NCBI GenBank assembly: GCA_944332075.1
Contig: CALVJL010000001.1
Span: forward strand, 138,775-202,774
From: an uncultured Bacilli bacterium
GTDB lineage: Bacteria > Bacillota_I > Bacilli_A > RFN20 > CAG-449
Direction: 5' to 3'
DNA length: 64,000 nt
Below the pieces are notes generated by a model. That model searched no databases and was not told where the DNA came from. It saw only the letters and a list, made by a program, of their open reading frames with translations. The first letter of the stretch is position 1, and each line of letters opens with the position of its first letter. Made by a program: the position numbers and the translations under genes. Shown in pieces: positions 49,265 through 58,527 of the stretch.

Positions 49265-50521
49265 ATGAAAAGTCCATTAGCTGCAGCATATCGTCCGACT
49301 AATTTTGATGAAGTTGTCGGACAAACTCATTTAATAGGAAAAAATGGTGTTATTAGAAAAATGATTGATAATAACGCTCTTTCCAATATGATTTTATATG
49401 GTCCGTCAGGAACAGGCAAAACGACTATAGCCTCAATTATCGCCTCTTTAACAAATAAAAAGCTTTATAAACTCAACGCTACCACCGCATCAACAAAGGA
49501 CATCAAAGAAATAATTAACGATTTATCTAGCAGCCAAAGTAAAATTCTGCTTTATCTAGACGAAATTCAATATTTTTCAAAGAAGCAACAACAATCTTTA
49601 CTTGAAGTTATTGAAAATGGTGATATAACATTAATTGCCTCTACAACAGAAAATCCATATTTTTACATCTATAATGCTATCCTATCTCGCTCAACTATTT
49701 TTGAATTTCATCCGCTAAGTAATAAAGATATTGAAAAAGCTCTAACCCGCGTTATCAAACAAATTGAAAACGATGATAATTGCCGCATTGAGATAGATAA
49801 TGAATGTATTTCCTATCTCGCATCTTCAGCAGGAGGAGATGCGAGAAAAGCTTTAAATGCTCTTGAAGTCGCATTAAATTCATCTTCATTCTATGATCAA
49901 ACATATCATATATCGATTGATATTTTAAAATCTTTATCATTATCACCAGTACATTATGATAAAGATGGTGATGACCATTATGACTTACTATCGGCTTTTC
50001 AAAAATCAATCCGCGGATCAGATGCCGATGCCGGAATTTTTTATCTAGCAAAATTACTTGCTAGCAAAGATTTAATCTCACCTTGCCGGAGATTATTAGT
50101 CATCGCTAGTGAAGATATTGGTTTGGCCAATCCACAAGCGGCAGTCATTGTTAAGAATTTAGTAGATTCAGCATTCCAGCTCGGTTTACCAGAAGCGAGA
50201 ATTCCACTTGCTGAAGCAGTTATTTTTCTTTGCCTATGCCCGAAATCAAACTCAGCTATCACGGCTATTGATCAAGCTATGGATGATATAAGCAAGGGTC
50301 GCGGAAAAGAAATACCCGCATATTTAAAAGACGGCCATTATCAAGGAGCCGTCAAATTAAATCATGCTCAAGGATATATCTATCCTCATACTTTTCCACA
50401 TCACTATGTCCAACAACAATATCTTCCTGATGATTTAAAAGAAAGAGTTTATTATTTACCTGGAGAAAATAAGATAGAATTGTCTTATAAAGAATATTGG
50501 GATAAAATTAAAAAGAATTAA
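49265..50521 (+). CDS. rarA: Replication-associated recombination protein A (RarA/MgsA AAA+ ATPase)
   Basis: N-terminus LAAAYRPTNFDEVVGQTHLIG, Walker A GPSGTGKTT and the MgsA C-terminal helical domain are present. 418 aa. Confidence 0.9.
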   Translation: MKSPLAAAYRPTNFDEVVGQTHLIGKNGVIRKMIDNNALSNMILYGPSGTGKTTIASIIASLTNKKLYKLNATTASTKDIKEIINDLSSSQSKILLYLDEIQYFSKKQQQSLLEVIENGDITLIASTTENPYFYIYNAILSRSTIFEFHPLSNKDIEKALTRVIKQIENDDNCRIEIDNECISYLASSAGGDARKALNALEVALNSSSFYDQTYHISIDILKSLSLSPVHYDKDGDDHYDLLSAFQKSIRGSDADAGIFYLAKLLASKDLISPCRRLLVIASEDIGLANPQAAVIVKNLVDSAFQLGLPEARIPLAEAVIFLCLCPKSNSAITAIDQAMDDISKGRGKEIPAYLKDGHYQGAVKLNHAQGYIYPHTFPHHYVQQQYLPDDLKERVYYLPGENKIELSYKEYWDKIKKN

Positions 50522-50898
50522 TCTTCTTCACGTTTTTTTAATTCTTTAATTAAGAATAATAACGATCCGTTTTTAAGGCACGAAATTAATAATCCATCGA
50601 CGAAGCGATCTTGCTTAATGATATTGGAAATCAAAGCTTCAACAACTATTGTTGGAGCTTTTTTAACGTCTTCATCTTTTAGAGTTTTGACATTTCTATC
50701 ACCATAATAATCTTTTAAAATTTTATTATAATCTTGATGAATGACACCTTCATTATAAAGATCTTCGCGTAAAGTAATAATTTCTCGATCAAAAGTTAGA
50801 AGCGGAGTTGATTCTTTAGAGATAAAATTATACCCATCATCAGTATTCTCTAATTTTTCTAAATAAGGAATGTACTCATATATTTTTTTGTATTTCAT
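50518..50898 (-). CDS. Hypothetical protein (126 aa)
   Basis: Soluble protein with no recognisable motif. Confidence 0.4.
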   Translation of the reverse strand: MKYKKIYEYIPYLEKLENTDDGYNFISKESTPLLTFDREIITLREDLYNEGVIHQDYNKILKDYYGDRNVKTLKDEDVKKAPTIVVEALISNIIKQDRFVDGLLISCLKNGSLLFLIKELKKREED

Positions 50899-51051
50899 TA
50901 TAATCCCCCTTTATGATAAGTCCATAAAAGTATTATAACTAAGTATCTTGCTTTTGCATATACCAGCCACAAGATATTCCCTCATTATGACGCAATTTTG
51001 TCACTTTTTTTCAAGCTTTTTACAATTATCGAAATAAAAATTGAAGTAAAT

Positions 51052-51082
51052 AACAAAAAAGGTCTCTGCATTGCAGAGACCA
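51052..51082 (-). terminator. Rho-independent terminator of the 1100-aa membrane protein gene
   Basis: GGTCTCTGCA-TT-GCAGAGACC perfect hairpin with a T-run on the minus strand. Confidence 0.65.
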
Positions 51083-51094
51083 AGATAGGATATT

Positions 51095-54000
51095 TTACTT
51101 TGTGAGAACTACAGTGCCACCTAACGCAAGTACCATTACAGCAGCGGCATCGGAGATTTCGTCACATTCAATATAAAGCTTTTTGTCGAGATCACCATGA
51201 ACATCAACTGCTAAGGTTGTTGTGTCTAAACTAATAGCATTAATTTCTTTTAATGTCTCTAAAGTAACCTTTTTAACTCCTTCAAGAGTATCGAGATAAA
51301 CCAATGATTTCATCTCTTCGGTGATAGCATGTTCTTTTTCTTTAACCGGGATTAAAGACATAATTGCTGGAACGCTTTCACCTAACTCACCAACGAGAGC
51401 AAAGTCTGCGTGGTTAGTCATTTTCTCACTAAGATTTAATTTTTCAAAAATCTCTTTACCGGAAGGTGTAAGATCCTTTTCATAATCGGTATGAACAAAA
51501 GCTTGAGTTAATCCTAATCCACGACCTTCACAGACAATTCTGACTAATTCTAAGCTTCTCTTAAAAGCAAGATCTGATTTAATTTTAACTGTGAATGGGA
51601 CGTCCTTATATGCAGCTTTATCCGCTAAAGAGAATTGATGATAGCGATCAAGTGGTAAAGTAGGATCATTTGGATCAAGAGCTAGATGTAATCTTAATGT
51701 TTTTCCGGAAACAGAAATCTTCGCAACTAAGCCAGATTTTCTAAATGCTTCGTTTTTGAAGACCAATCTAGACGAGCATCCATAGCTTAATAAAGCATTT
51801 TTAATTTCAGAATAGTAATGTTTACTCTTTTCAGAAATAAAGAATAATTTACTAGCAAATGGTGTCCGGCGAATTTTCAAGGAATTATCAGCATTTTCAG
51901 CAGCCGGAGTAATTTCGGTTACTTCTCCCTCTTCTCTATCTTCTTCATCATCGTCATCTTCACCATCATCGATTTCATCTTCTGAAAAGTCTTCTTCAGA
52001 TGTTGTGAATAATGGGCGAGTGTCATCTTCTACTTCAAATTCTTTTGGAGTATAGAACATAACTTTACCATGTGTTGCTAAGATAGCGACTGCAACAGGT
52101 AAATCGATATCATCACAGATAACTGTAATTGGCTCTGTTACTGCTTCATGCATTTTGACAAAAATACGTTGAACATCAAGAGCAATATTGTTTACTTCTT
52201 TTAAAGTTTCCGTTGAAATAACTTTTCCAGGAACATACTTCAATGCTGTTTCGACATAGACATTGACTTCTTCACCATCATTATGATTTAATCCATCTTC
52301 AACCTTTTTAACTGGAATAAGAGAACAAATCTTATTGACAGATGGTAATCCGTCTTTGCCGAATTTTTCGCTATATGTTTCATCAGCTTGAGAAACCATC
52401 AAATCGGTAATGCCTAGCTTTTCGAAAATTGCATCACCATCGACATCAAGGGTTGGAACATAGTCAAATGCTTCAAAGTTTCTCTTGAAACGGAAACGAC
52501 GAACTTCGCCGCAAAGAATATCAATTAACTCTAACGCCCGTTTGCAAGCCAATCCGGATTTAACTTTCATTGTAAACGGAACATCTTTATAAGCCTTTCT
52601 TTCGGCTAATGAGAATTGATGATAACGATCTTCCTCAAATCTTGCATCTGTTGGATCAAGAGCTAAATGGATTCTTAATGTCTTACCAGCAACGCTGAGT
52701 TTTGCTAATAATCCGCGTTTTCTGAACGTCTCATTTTTACTTGTTAATCTAGAAGTGGCTCCATATTGTAATAAAGCATTCTTGATTTCAGAATAGAATC
52801 CTTTAGTTTTATCAGAAGTAAATTTGAGTTTATTGATAAAGGTTCTCTTAATGATAGGTCTAGTTTCAATAGTTGTTGGAACAACTGCTGTTTCCTTAAC
52901 CTCTGTAACAACTGTTTCTGTAGGAGTTTCTACTTTCTCTTCGACAATTGTTTCTTCAACCTTCTCAACTGTTTCTGTTACAGGTTCAGCTACTGGTTCT
53001 TCTTCAGTTGCCTCAAGAACAGGTTCTTCACTTTCAATAGATTTTTCTTCTTCAGGAGTAATTTCTTCAAGTTCTTCTTCCGTAGTCTCAACATAAGGAA
53101 TATCTTCAGCGAGAAGTGCTTGATTGAAATATTTAGCTCTTAAGAAGATAACAATTACCCAAATAACAAATAAAGCGAGATAACCAATTAAAGTATAAGT
53201 TTGGAATTGAATAGCCACATCAAACGAGAGGAAAACACCAGCATATGCAAGTGAAACGATTGCAAAATCGATTACATTGATTTTTTTACAAACCATCTTT
53301 TTAGTAAATAATCCGATAAAGAACATTACTAATAAGACTAAAGCAACCAATAGAGTACCTAGATATGCGAGAATATTAAGGTGTGTTGCATTAAATGCTC
53401 TAAATCCTGAATAATCAACATAGATTAATCCGGCAGCTAAAACTAAGCCGACAGCAGCTAATGGAGTAAGAGAGAATTTATTAAAGACCTGTCCGATGTA
53501 AACAGCAAATAAACCCTTCTTATCATTGACTTCGCTCTTACTGACGATTAATGCTCTAAATGCAGTTAAGAACATTACGGCATAAGTCAAAGTGAAATAA
53601 ACACCGAGGAAATGATTATTAATGGCTTTTACACCATTTAATAATACCTGCAATCCAAAATATAAACCAACGCCAATCATCATATACATTACAAAGGCGA
53701 GTAAGATATCAAGGAAATTAACTTTGCGCATTTTCTTAAAGATGCAGAAAATCAAGAAAATAACAGTTAAAGCTAAAGCGATAATTTCGAATACTAAAAG
53801 CTTTCTGCCTGTAGATAGAGTAGCAAATGCCGGAATAACATCACCGATAAATCCAAATACATCAGTATAAATGATAATTAACGCAAGGATAATACCGACG
53901 ATTAATCCAGATAAGATAAACACAACTGGATTGAAATGAGAATATAATGATGCAAAATAATTTTTAACATCACCTTTTTCGTCATTAACTTCTCTTACCT

Positions 54001-54397
54001 CAGCCATACGAATAATTAAGAAAATTAATCCGACAGCCAATAAAGCAAGATAGACGAAACTGTTAGTTTTGAATTCTTTATCATAGCCGAGAGTAAAGCC
54101 GAATAAGGTAGCACAGGCGGCAATAAAGAATGTCAGTAGAAAATCCCCTTTAGTTGTATACTTTTTAAAGAGGAATGGAATAACAGCAGCTATCGATAAA
54201 ACCAAAATGGCAAGATATACGACAGTTAAACCCGTTCTTGCGGCTTCCACATATTGTCCAGGTAAGAGACTACCAAGAATATTTGTCCGGAAAAGATAAA
54301 AAATACCAATTCCGAAAATGCAACCGACAACAAGGGCTAGTATTCCATCGAGTTTTTTAAAAAAATCTCTGCAAAAACTAGTTTTATTGCGTTCCAT
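51095..54397 (-). CDS. Large polytopic membrane protein with acidic E/T/V-rich linker and two tandem ~110-aa repeated cytoplasmic domains; unknown function
   Basis: 1100 aa. About twelve TM helices lie in the first ~440 aa. A low-complexity acidic linker follows. Two paralogous modules then appear (…FINKLKFTSDKTKGFYSEIKNALLQYGATSRLTSKNETFRKRGLLAKLSVAGKTLRIHLALDP… and …FASKLFFISEKSKHYYSEIKNALLSYGCSSRLVFKNEAFRKSGLVAKISVSGKTLRLHLALDP…), each followed by a ~100-aa tail. Confidence 0.7.
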   Translation of the reverse strand: MERNKTSFCRDFFKKLDGILALVVGCIFGIGIFYLFRTNILGSLLPGQYVEAARTGLTVVYLAILVLSIAAVIPFLFKKYTTKGDFLLTFFIAACATLFGFTLGYDKEFKTNSFVYLALLAVGLIFLIIRMAEVREVNDEKGDVKNYFASLYSHFNPVVFILSGLIVGIILALIIIYTDVFGFIGDVIPAFATLSTGRKLLVFEIIALALTVIFLIFCIFKKMRKVNFLDILLAFVMYMMIGVGLYFGLQVLLNGVKAINNHFLGVYFTLTYAVMFLTAFRALIVSKSEVNDKKGLFAVYIGQVFNKFSLTPLAAVGLVLAAGLIYVDYSGFRAFNATHLNILAYLGTLLVALVLLVMFFIGLFTKKMVCKKINVIDFAIVSLAYAGVFLSFDVAIQFQTYTLIGYLALFVIWVIVIFLRAKYFNQALLAEDIPYVETTEEELEEITPEEEKSIESEEPVLEATEEEPVAEPVTETVEKVEETIVEEKVETPTETVVTEVKETAVVPTTIETRPIIKRTFINKLKFTSDKTKGFYSEIKNALLQYGATSRLTSKNETFRKRGLLAKLSVAGKTLRIHLALDPTDARFEEDRYHQFSLAERKAYKDVPFTMKVKSGLACKRALELIDILCGEVRRFRFKRNFEAFDYVPTLDVDGDAIFEKLGITDLMVSQADETYSEKFGKDGLPSVNKICSLIPVKKVEDGLNHNDGEEVNVYVETALKYVPGKVISTETLKEVNNIALDVQRIFVKMHEAVTEPITVICDDIDLPVAVAILATHGKVMFYTPKEFEVEDDTRPLFTTSEEDFSEDEIDDGEDDDDEEDREEGEVTEITPAAENADNSLKIRRTPFASKLFFISEKSKHYYSEIKNALLSYGCSSRLVFKNEAFRKSGLVAKISVSGKTLRLHLALDPNDPTLPLDRYHQFSLADKAAYKDVPFTVKIKSDLAFKRSLELVRIVCEGRGLGLTQAFVHTDYEKDLTPSGKEIFEKLNLSEKMTNHADFALVGELGESVPAIMSLIPVKEKEHAITEEMKSLVYLDTLEGVKKVTLETLKEINAISLDTTTLAVDVHGDLDKKLYIECDEISDAAAVMVLALGGTVVLTK

Positions 54398-54615
54398 AAG
54401 TTGAAACCCCTTTCTTATTATTAAAAATATTTTAATATTTTAAGGGGACAAATATCAATATTTTTGAAAAAATAACGCGAAACGTATGCAGTTTTTCAAC
54501 ATTTCGCGTCGCTTTTTTACAAATCGATAAAAATAGAATGAATTAATTTACAACATTAGAAAAATTACTGTTTTAAATTGGTCAAAAAGACACACCATTG
54601 AATAATAATATTTTT

Positions 54616-55806
54616 TTATTCAATTTCTTCTAAAAGGTAATACTTTTTCAACTTTCTACCGCTATTAAAATATACAATATTTTCAGTTTTATTAGCGATT
54701 TCTAACATTCCTTGATCATCGCTCAATCCATTTATATCTATAATAAAATCCTCTTGGTCATAACAAATTACCTTAATTTTTTGACCATTTCGAATATCGT
54801 TTTTTCGAATAATCGTAGCTTTTTGAGTAATTTCATCATAATCATCCACATAACCTAGATACCTTTGCTTTACGTTATGAGGTTTAACATGGATTAAATC
54901 ATTAGAAGTAATTTCGCCTTGTTTAAGATATCCTTCAGTCAATGGGCGATTTTCCATATCATTCAATTCATTTTCTTTTTTATCAAGTATTTCTTTAGTT
55001 AAAGTATGATTATAATATGAATCTATTACCGATTTATAAATTTTCGCACATTTAGCTAAATAATAAGCTGATTTCATTCTTCCTTCAATTTTTAAAGAAG
55101 AAACGTTTGCTTCAATCAAATCCGAAACTTTTTTTATTCCGCATAAATCCTTACTGCCAATAGGAAATGAATCCTGAGATACTAACTGGTTATCTTGGTA
55201 GAGATGATATTCCCAGCGGCAAGAATGCGCGCATCCTCCTCTATTTGCATCACGTGATACCATATAATTACTTAAAGAGCAACGGCCTGAAATTGAAGAG
55301 CAAAGCCCTCCGTGGATGAAAACTTCAATTTCTGTAATTTTGCTTCCAGCTAATACGTTTATTTCTGATAATGTACATTCCCTAGCTAAAACTACCCTTG
55401 TCGCCCCTAATGATTTATAAAACATCAACGTTTCTTGGTTCATCGCTGACACTTGAGTTGAAACATGGGCTTCCAAATTTAAATTAAGTTTTTTTATCAA
55501 GCTAATTATATAAAGAGAAGAAACAATCAAAGCGTCAACATGAATTTTATCTAATGCTTTAAGATATTCTTCAATTTGCTCTAAATCGCGATAATGCGGG
55601 ACAATATTGACTGTGACATAAACCTTTTTATTTAAAGAATGCGCGAATTTTACGCCTTCTTCAATATCTTCTAAAGTGAAATTGCTTGCTTTTGCGCGTA
55701 AAGAAAAATGTTTCCCGCCAATAAATACGGCATCACCGCCATAAAGTAAAGCAATCTTTAATCTCGTCAAATCACCAGCAGGCATCAATAATTCAATCTT
55801 GTCCAT
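54616..55806 (-). CDS. Peptidase U32 family protein
   Basis: N-terminus ELLMPAGDLTRLKIALLYGGDAVFIGG and the conserved Cys-rich region (GGLCSSISGRCSLS...CAHSCRW) of the U32 family. 396 aa. Confidence 0.8.
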   Translation of the reverse strand: MDKIELLMPAGDLTRLKIALLYGGDAVFIGGKHFSLRAKASNFTLEDIEEGVKFAHSLNKKVYVTVNIVPHYRDLEQIEEYLKALDKIHVDALIVSSLYIISLIKKLNLNLEAHVSTQVSAMNQETLMFYKSLGATRVVLARECTLSEINVLAGSKITEIEVFIHGGLCSSISGRCSLSNYMVSRDANRGGCAHSCRWEYHLYQDNQLVSQDSFPIGSKDLCGIKKVSDLIEANVSSLKIEGRMKSAYYLAKCAKIYKSVIDSYYNHTLTKEILDKKENELNDMENRPLTEGYLKQGEITSNDLIHVKPHNVKQRYLGYVDDYDEITQKATIIRKNDIRNGQKIKVICYDQEDFIIDINGLSDDQGMLEIANKTENIVYFNSGRKLKKYYLLEEIE

Positions 55807-56641
55807 ACACTATCTCCTGGTTAAGTAAATAAGAAGAAAAGTTTTCTTCTTGAACACTTTCTCCATTTAGAGCTTTTCTAACTAATTCAACCATCGGCAT
55901 ATTTTCATTAATAAATGAACTATCAATAAAGAAATATTCCATTCCTCTATCTAAGAAATCTTTCAACGCCTGGGAAGGGAAGAAAATCTTATCAGAAAAA
56001 ATATAAAACAAATAATTATCTTCGTGAATTTTAAAATATTGAGCGCGCGAACTTTCTTTTAACGTTAATTCTTTTTGACCATTCAATTTTATATCTCGAT
56101 GTTCATCCAAGAAAAGAGAAAGCATTTTTCTCTTCGACATATATAGCTGAGGATAGCCAAAACACATCATGCCTATCTGACAATTTTTTCTGTTTTCTAA
56201 AATATTGAGATAACCATTATATTCGCAATCTTTAGAAATAATAAATTTATTTAATCCAAGCTGTTTTAACGTCTCTATTTCATATGAATTAAGTAATAAA
56301 GTAGGCGAATAATAAATCATCTTTTCAAGTGCATTATATTCTTTTGCTTTTATAAAATAATAAAAGTCACTAAAAAGGAAATGATAGTTTTGCTTAATTA
56401 GCAAAGGAAAATACAAATTAGCAGCAATTTTATCCTTCTCTTCTAACGGACGATCAATTAACAAATAAATTTCCTTATTATATTTATTTTTAACTTTATC
56501 TAAAACTTCGTATTGCAAAGCTATATCATCTCTTGTTGAAAGATATTTAACGGCGATTACGATTACATCACATGCATCAAGATTAGGATTTCTGATTTTA
56601 CTTCTCAAATCATCTTCTTTAAATAAATATAAAATTTTCAT
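55793..56641 (-). CDS. Putative second U32-family protein (YrrN-like), divergent
   Basis: 282 aa immediately upstream of, and overlapping, the U32 gene. This paired arrangement matches yrrN-yrrO. Sequence similarity is weak, so the call rests largely on context. Confidence 0.35.
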   Translation of the reverse strand: MKILYLFKEDDLRSKIRNPNLDACDVIVIAVKYLSTRDDIALQYEVLDKVKNKYNKEIYLLIDRPLEEKDKIAANLYFPLLIKQNYHFLFSDFYYFIKAKEYNALEKMIYYSPTLLLNSYEIETLKQLGLNKFIISKDCEYNGYLNILENRKNCQIGMMCFGYPQLYMSKRKMLSLFLDEHRDIKLNGQKELTLKESSRAQYFKIHEDNYLFYIFSDKIFFPSQALKDFLDRGMEYFFIDSSFINENMPMVELVRKALNGESVQEENFSSYLLNQEIVYGQD

Positions 56642-56642
56642 A

Positions 56643-58526
56643 TTACTCTAATTCAAACGCTCCAGTATAAAGTTGATAATAAATACCTTTTTTCTCAATA
56701 AGCTCAGCATGGCTGCCTCTTTCAATAATCTTACCATGATCTAAAACCATGATGGCATCAGAATTTCTCACGGTCGACAAGCGATGTGCAATAACAAAAA
56801 CAGTTCTTCCCTTCATTAGTTCGTCCATACCCTCTTGAACTAATGATTCTGTCCACGTATCAATTGACGATGTCGCCTCATCGAGGATTAATACCGGAGG
56901 GTTACAAATAGCTACTCTGGCAATAGCTAACAGCTGTCTTTGACCTTGTGATAAGTTACCACCATCACCGGTGATATAAGTATCATAACCATTTTCTAAA
57001 AGGTTGATAAATTGATCAGCCTTAGCTAATTTCGCAGCTTGATAAACTTCTTCATCCGTCGCATCTTCTTTTCCGTACTTGATATTATCTTTAATCGTAC
57101 CTGAGAAAAGGTGAGTATCCTGTAAAACGATACCTAAACTGCGACGCAAATCTTCCTTCTTAATTTTTTTAATATCGATTCCGTCATAAGTAATCGTACC
57201 TTTTTGAATATCATAAAAGCGATTAATTAAATTAGTTATCGTTGTTTTTCCAGCGCCTGTTGCTCCGACAAAAGCAATTTTCTGACCAGGTTTTGCATAT
57301 AAAGAAATATCGTGAAGAATTGTTTTATCTTCATCATAACCAAATGTGACGTCGTAAAAGCGAACATCGCCGCATAATTTAATCAAGCGGACACTCTGAT
57401 CACTTTCGATATGTTTCCAAGCCCAGTGATGTGTGACTTCTTTAACCTCAATAAGGTTGCCATTTTCTTCTTTAACATTAACTAACGTAACATCACCTTG
57501 ATCGGTTTCACCTTTTTCATCAAGTAACGCAAAGATTCTTTGAGCACCAGCTAAAGCCATGAAGATAAAATTAATCTGATTAGAGACTTGTCCGATTGGT
57601 TGAGTAAACTGTTTATTATATAGTAAGAAGGTTGCAAAAGCTCCCGCGGTAAATCCGCCAAAGCCACTAAAAGCTAAAATTGATCCAACAACCGCGGTAA
57701 CTGCAAAATTAACATATCCTAAATTATGAATAATCGGCATCAAGGAAATCGCATATTTATTAGCTCGATAGTTGCTTTCACGCATATGATTATTCAATTC
57801 ATCAAAACCATCTTTAACTTCTTGTTCGTGATTAAAGACTTTAATAACTTTCTGCCCTTCAATCATCTCTTCAATATAACCATTAATTTTTGATAAAACA
57901 ATTTGGTTATCCATAAAATATGTCGATGAACGCTTTCCAATAATTTTAATAGCAATTAGCATTAAGAAAACTGAACAAACAGTCACTATTGTCAAAATCC
58001 ACGATGTTGTTATCATCATCACAAATACAGAAACAATGGTAATAAATGAAGATGTAATCTGCGGAATAGACTGAGAAATCATCTGTCTTAAGGAATCGGT
58101 ATCGTTAGTATAAGTCGACATTACTTCACCAATCGTCCGTGAGTCAAAATAACGGATTGGCAACGTTTCCATATGATAAAACATTTCATCACGCAAAATT
58201 TTCAAAGTATCTTGAGTAATGAATACCATGATAAACGCATAAGCATATGTTGAAGCAATTGAGACTAAGAATAATCCGCTCATTTCAAGTAAAATCACAA
58301 TTAATGGAGTCATGTTCTCAGGATTTGCTAACAAATCCGGAACGACATTATCAATAAGTGATTTTAAAAGCGACATTGAAGAAACCTGAGTAACCGCGGC
58401 AACAATCAATAAAATGATTACCAAAATAATCTTATAAGTGTTAATCTTATAAACATATTTCATCAAACGTGAAAGGATTTTGAAAGGATGATCAATTTTG
58501 ACACGATAATTTACATGACGCGGCAT
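56643..58526 (-). CDS. ABC exporter, fused permease-ATPase subunit (heterodimeric multidrug/lipid exporter type)
   Basis: 627 aa. Six TM helices, then Walker A GATGAGKTT, signature LSQGQRQLLAIARV and Walker B LILDEATSSID. Confidence 0.9.
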   Translation of the reverse strand: MPRHVNYRVKIDHPFKILSRLMKYVYKINTYKIILVIILLIVAAVTQVSSMSLLKSLIDNVVPDLLANPENMTPLIVILLEMSGLFLVSIASTYAYAFIMVFITQDTLKILRDEMFYHMETLPIRYFDSRTIGEVMSTYTNDTDSLRQMISQSIPQITSSFITIVSVFVMMITTSWILTIVTVCSVFLMLIAIKIIGKRSSTYFMDNQIVLSKINGYIEEMIEGQKVIKVFNHEQEVKDGFDELNNHMRESNYRANKYAISLMPIIHNLGYVNFAVTAVVGSILAFSGFGGFTAGAFATFLLYNKQFTQPIGQVSNQINFIFMALAGAQRIFALLDEKGETDQGDVTLVNVKEENGNLIEVKEVTHHWAWKHIESDQSVRLIKLCGDVRFYDVTFGYDEDKTILHDISLYAKPGQKIAFVGATGAGKTTITNLINRFYDIQKGTITYDGIDIKKIKKEDLRRSLGIVLQDTHLFSGTIKDNIKYGKEDATDEEVYQAAKLAKADQFINLLENGYDTYITGDGGNLSQGQRQLLAIARVAICNPPVLILDEATSSIDTWTESLVQEGMDELMKGRTVFVIAHRLSTVRNSDAIMVLDHGKIIERGSHAELIEKKGIYYQLYTGAFELE

Positions 58527-58527
58527 A

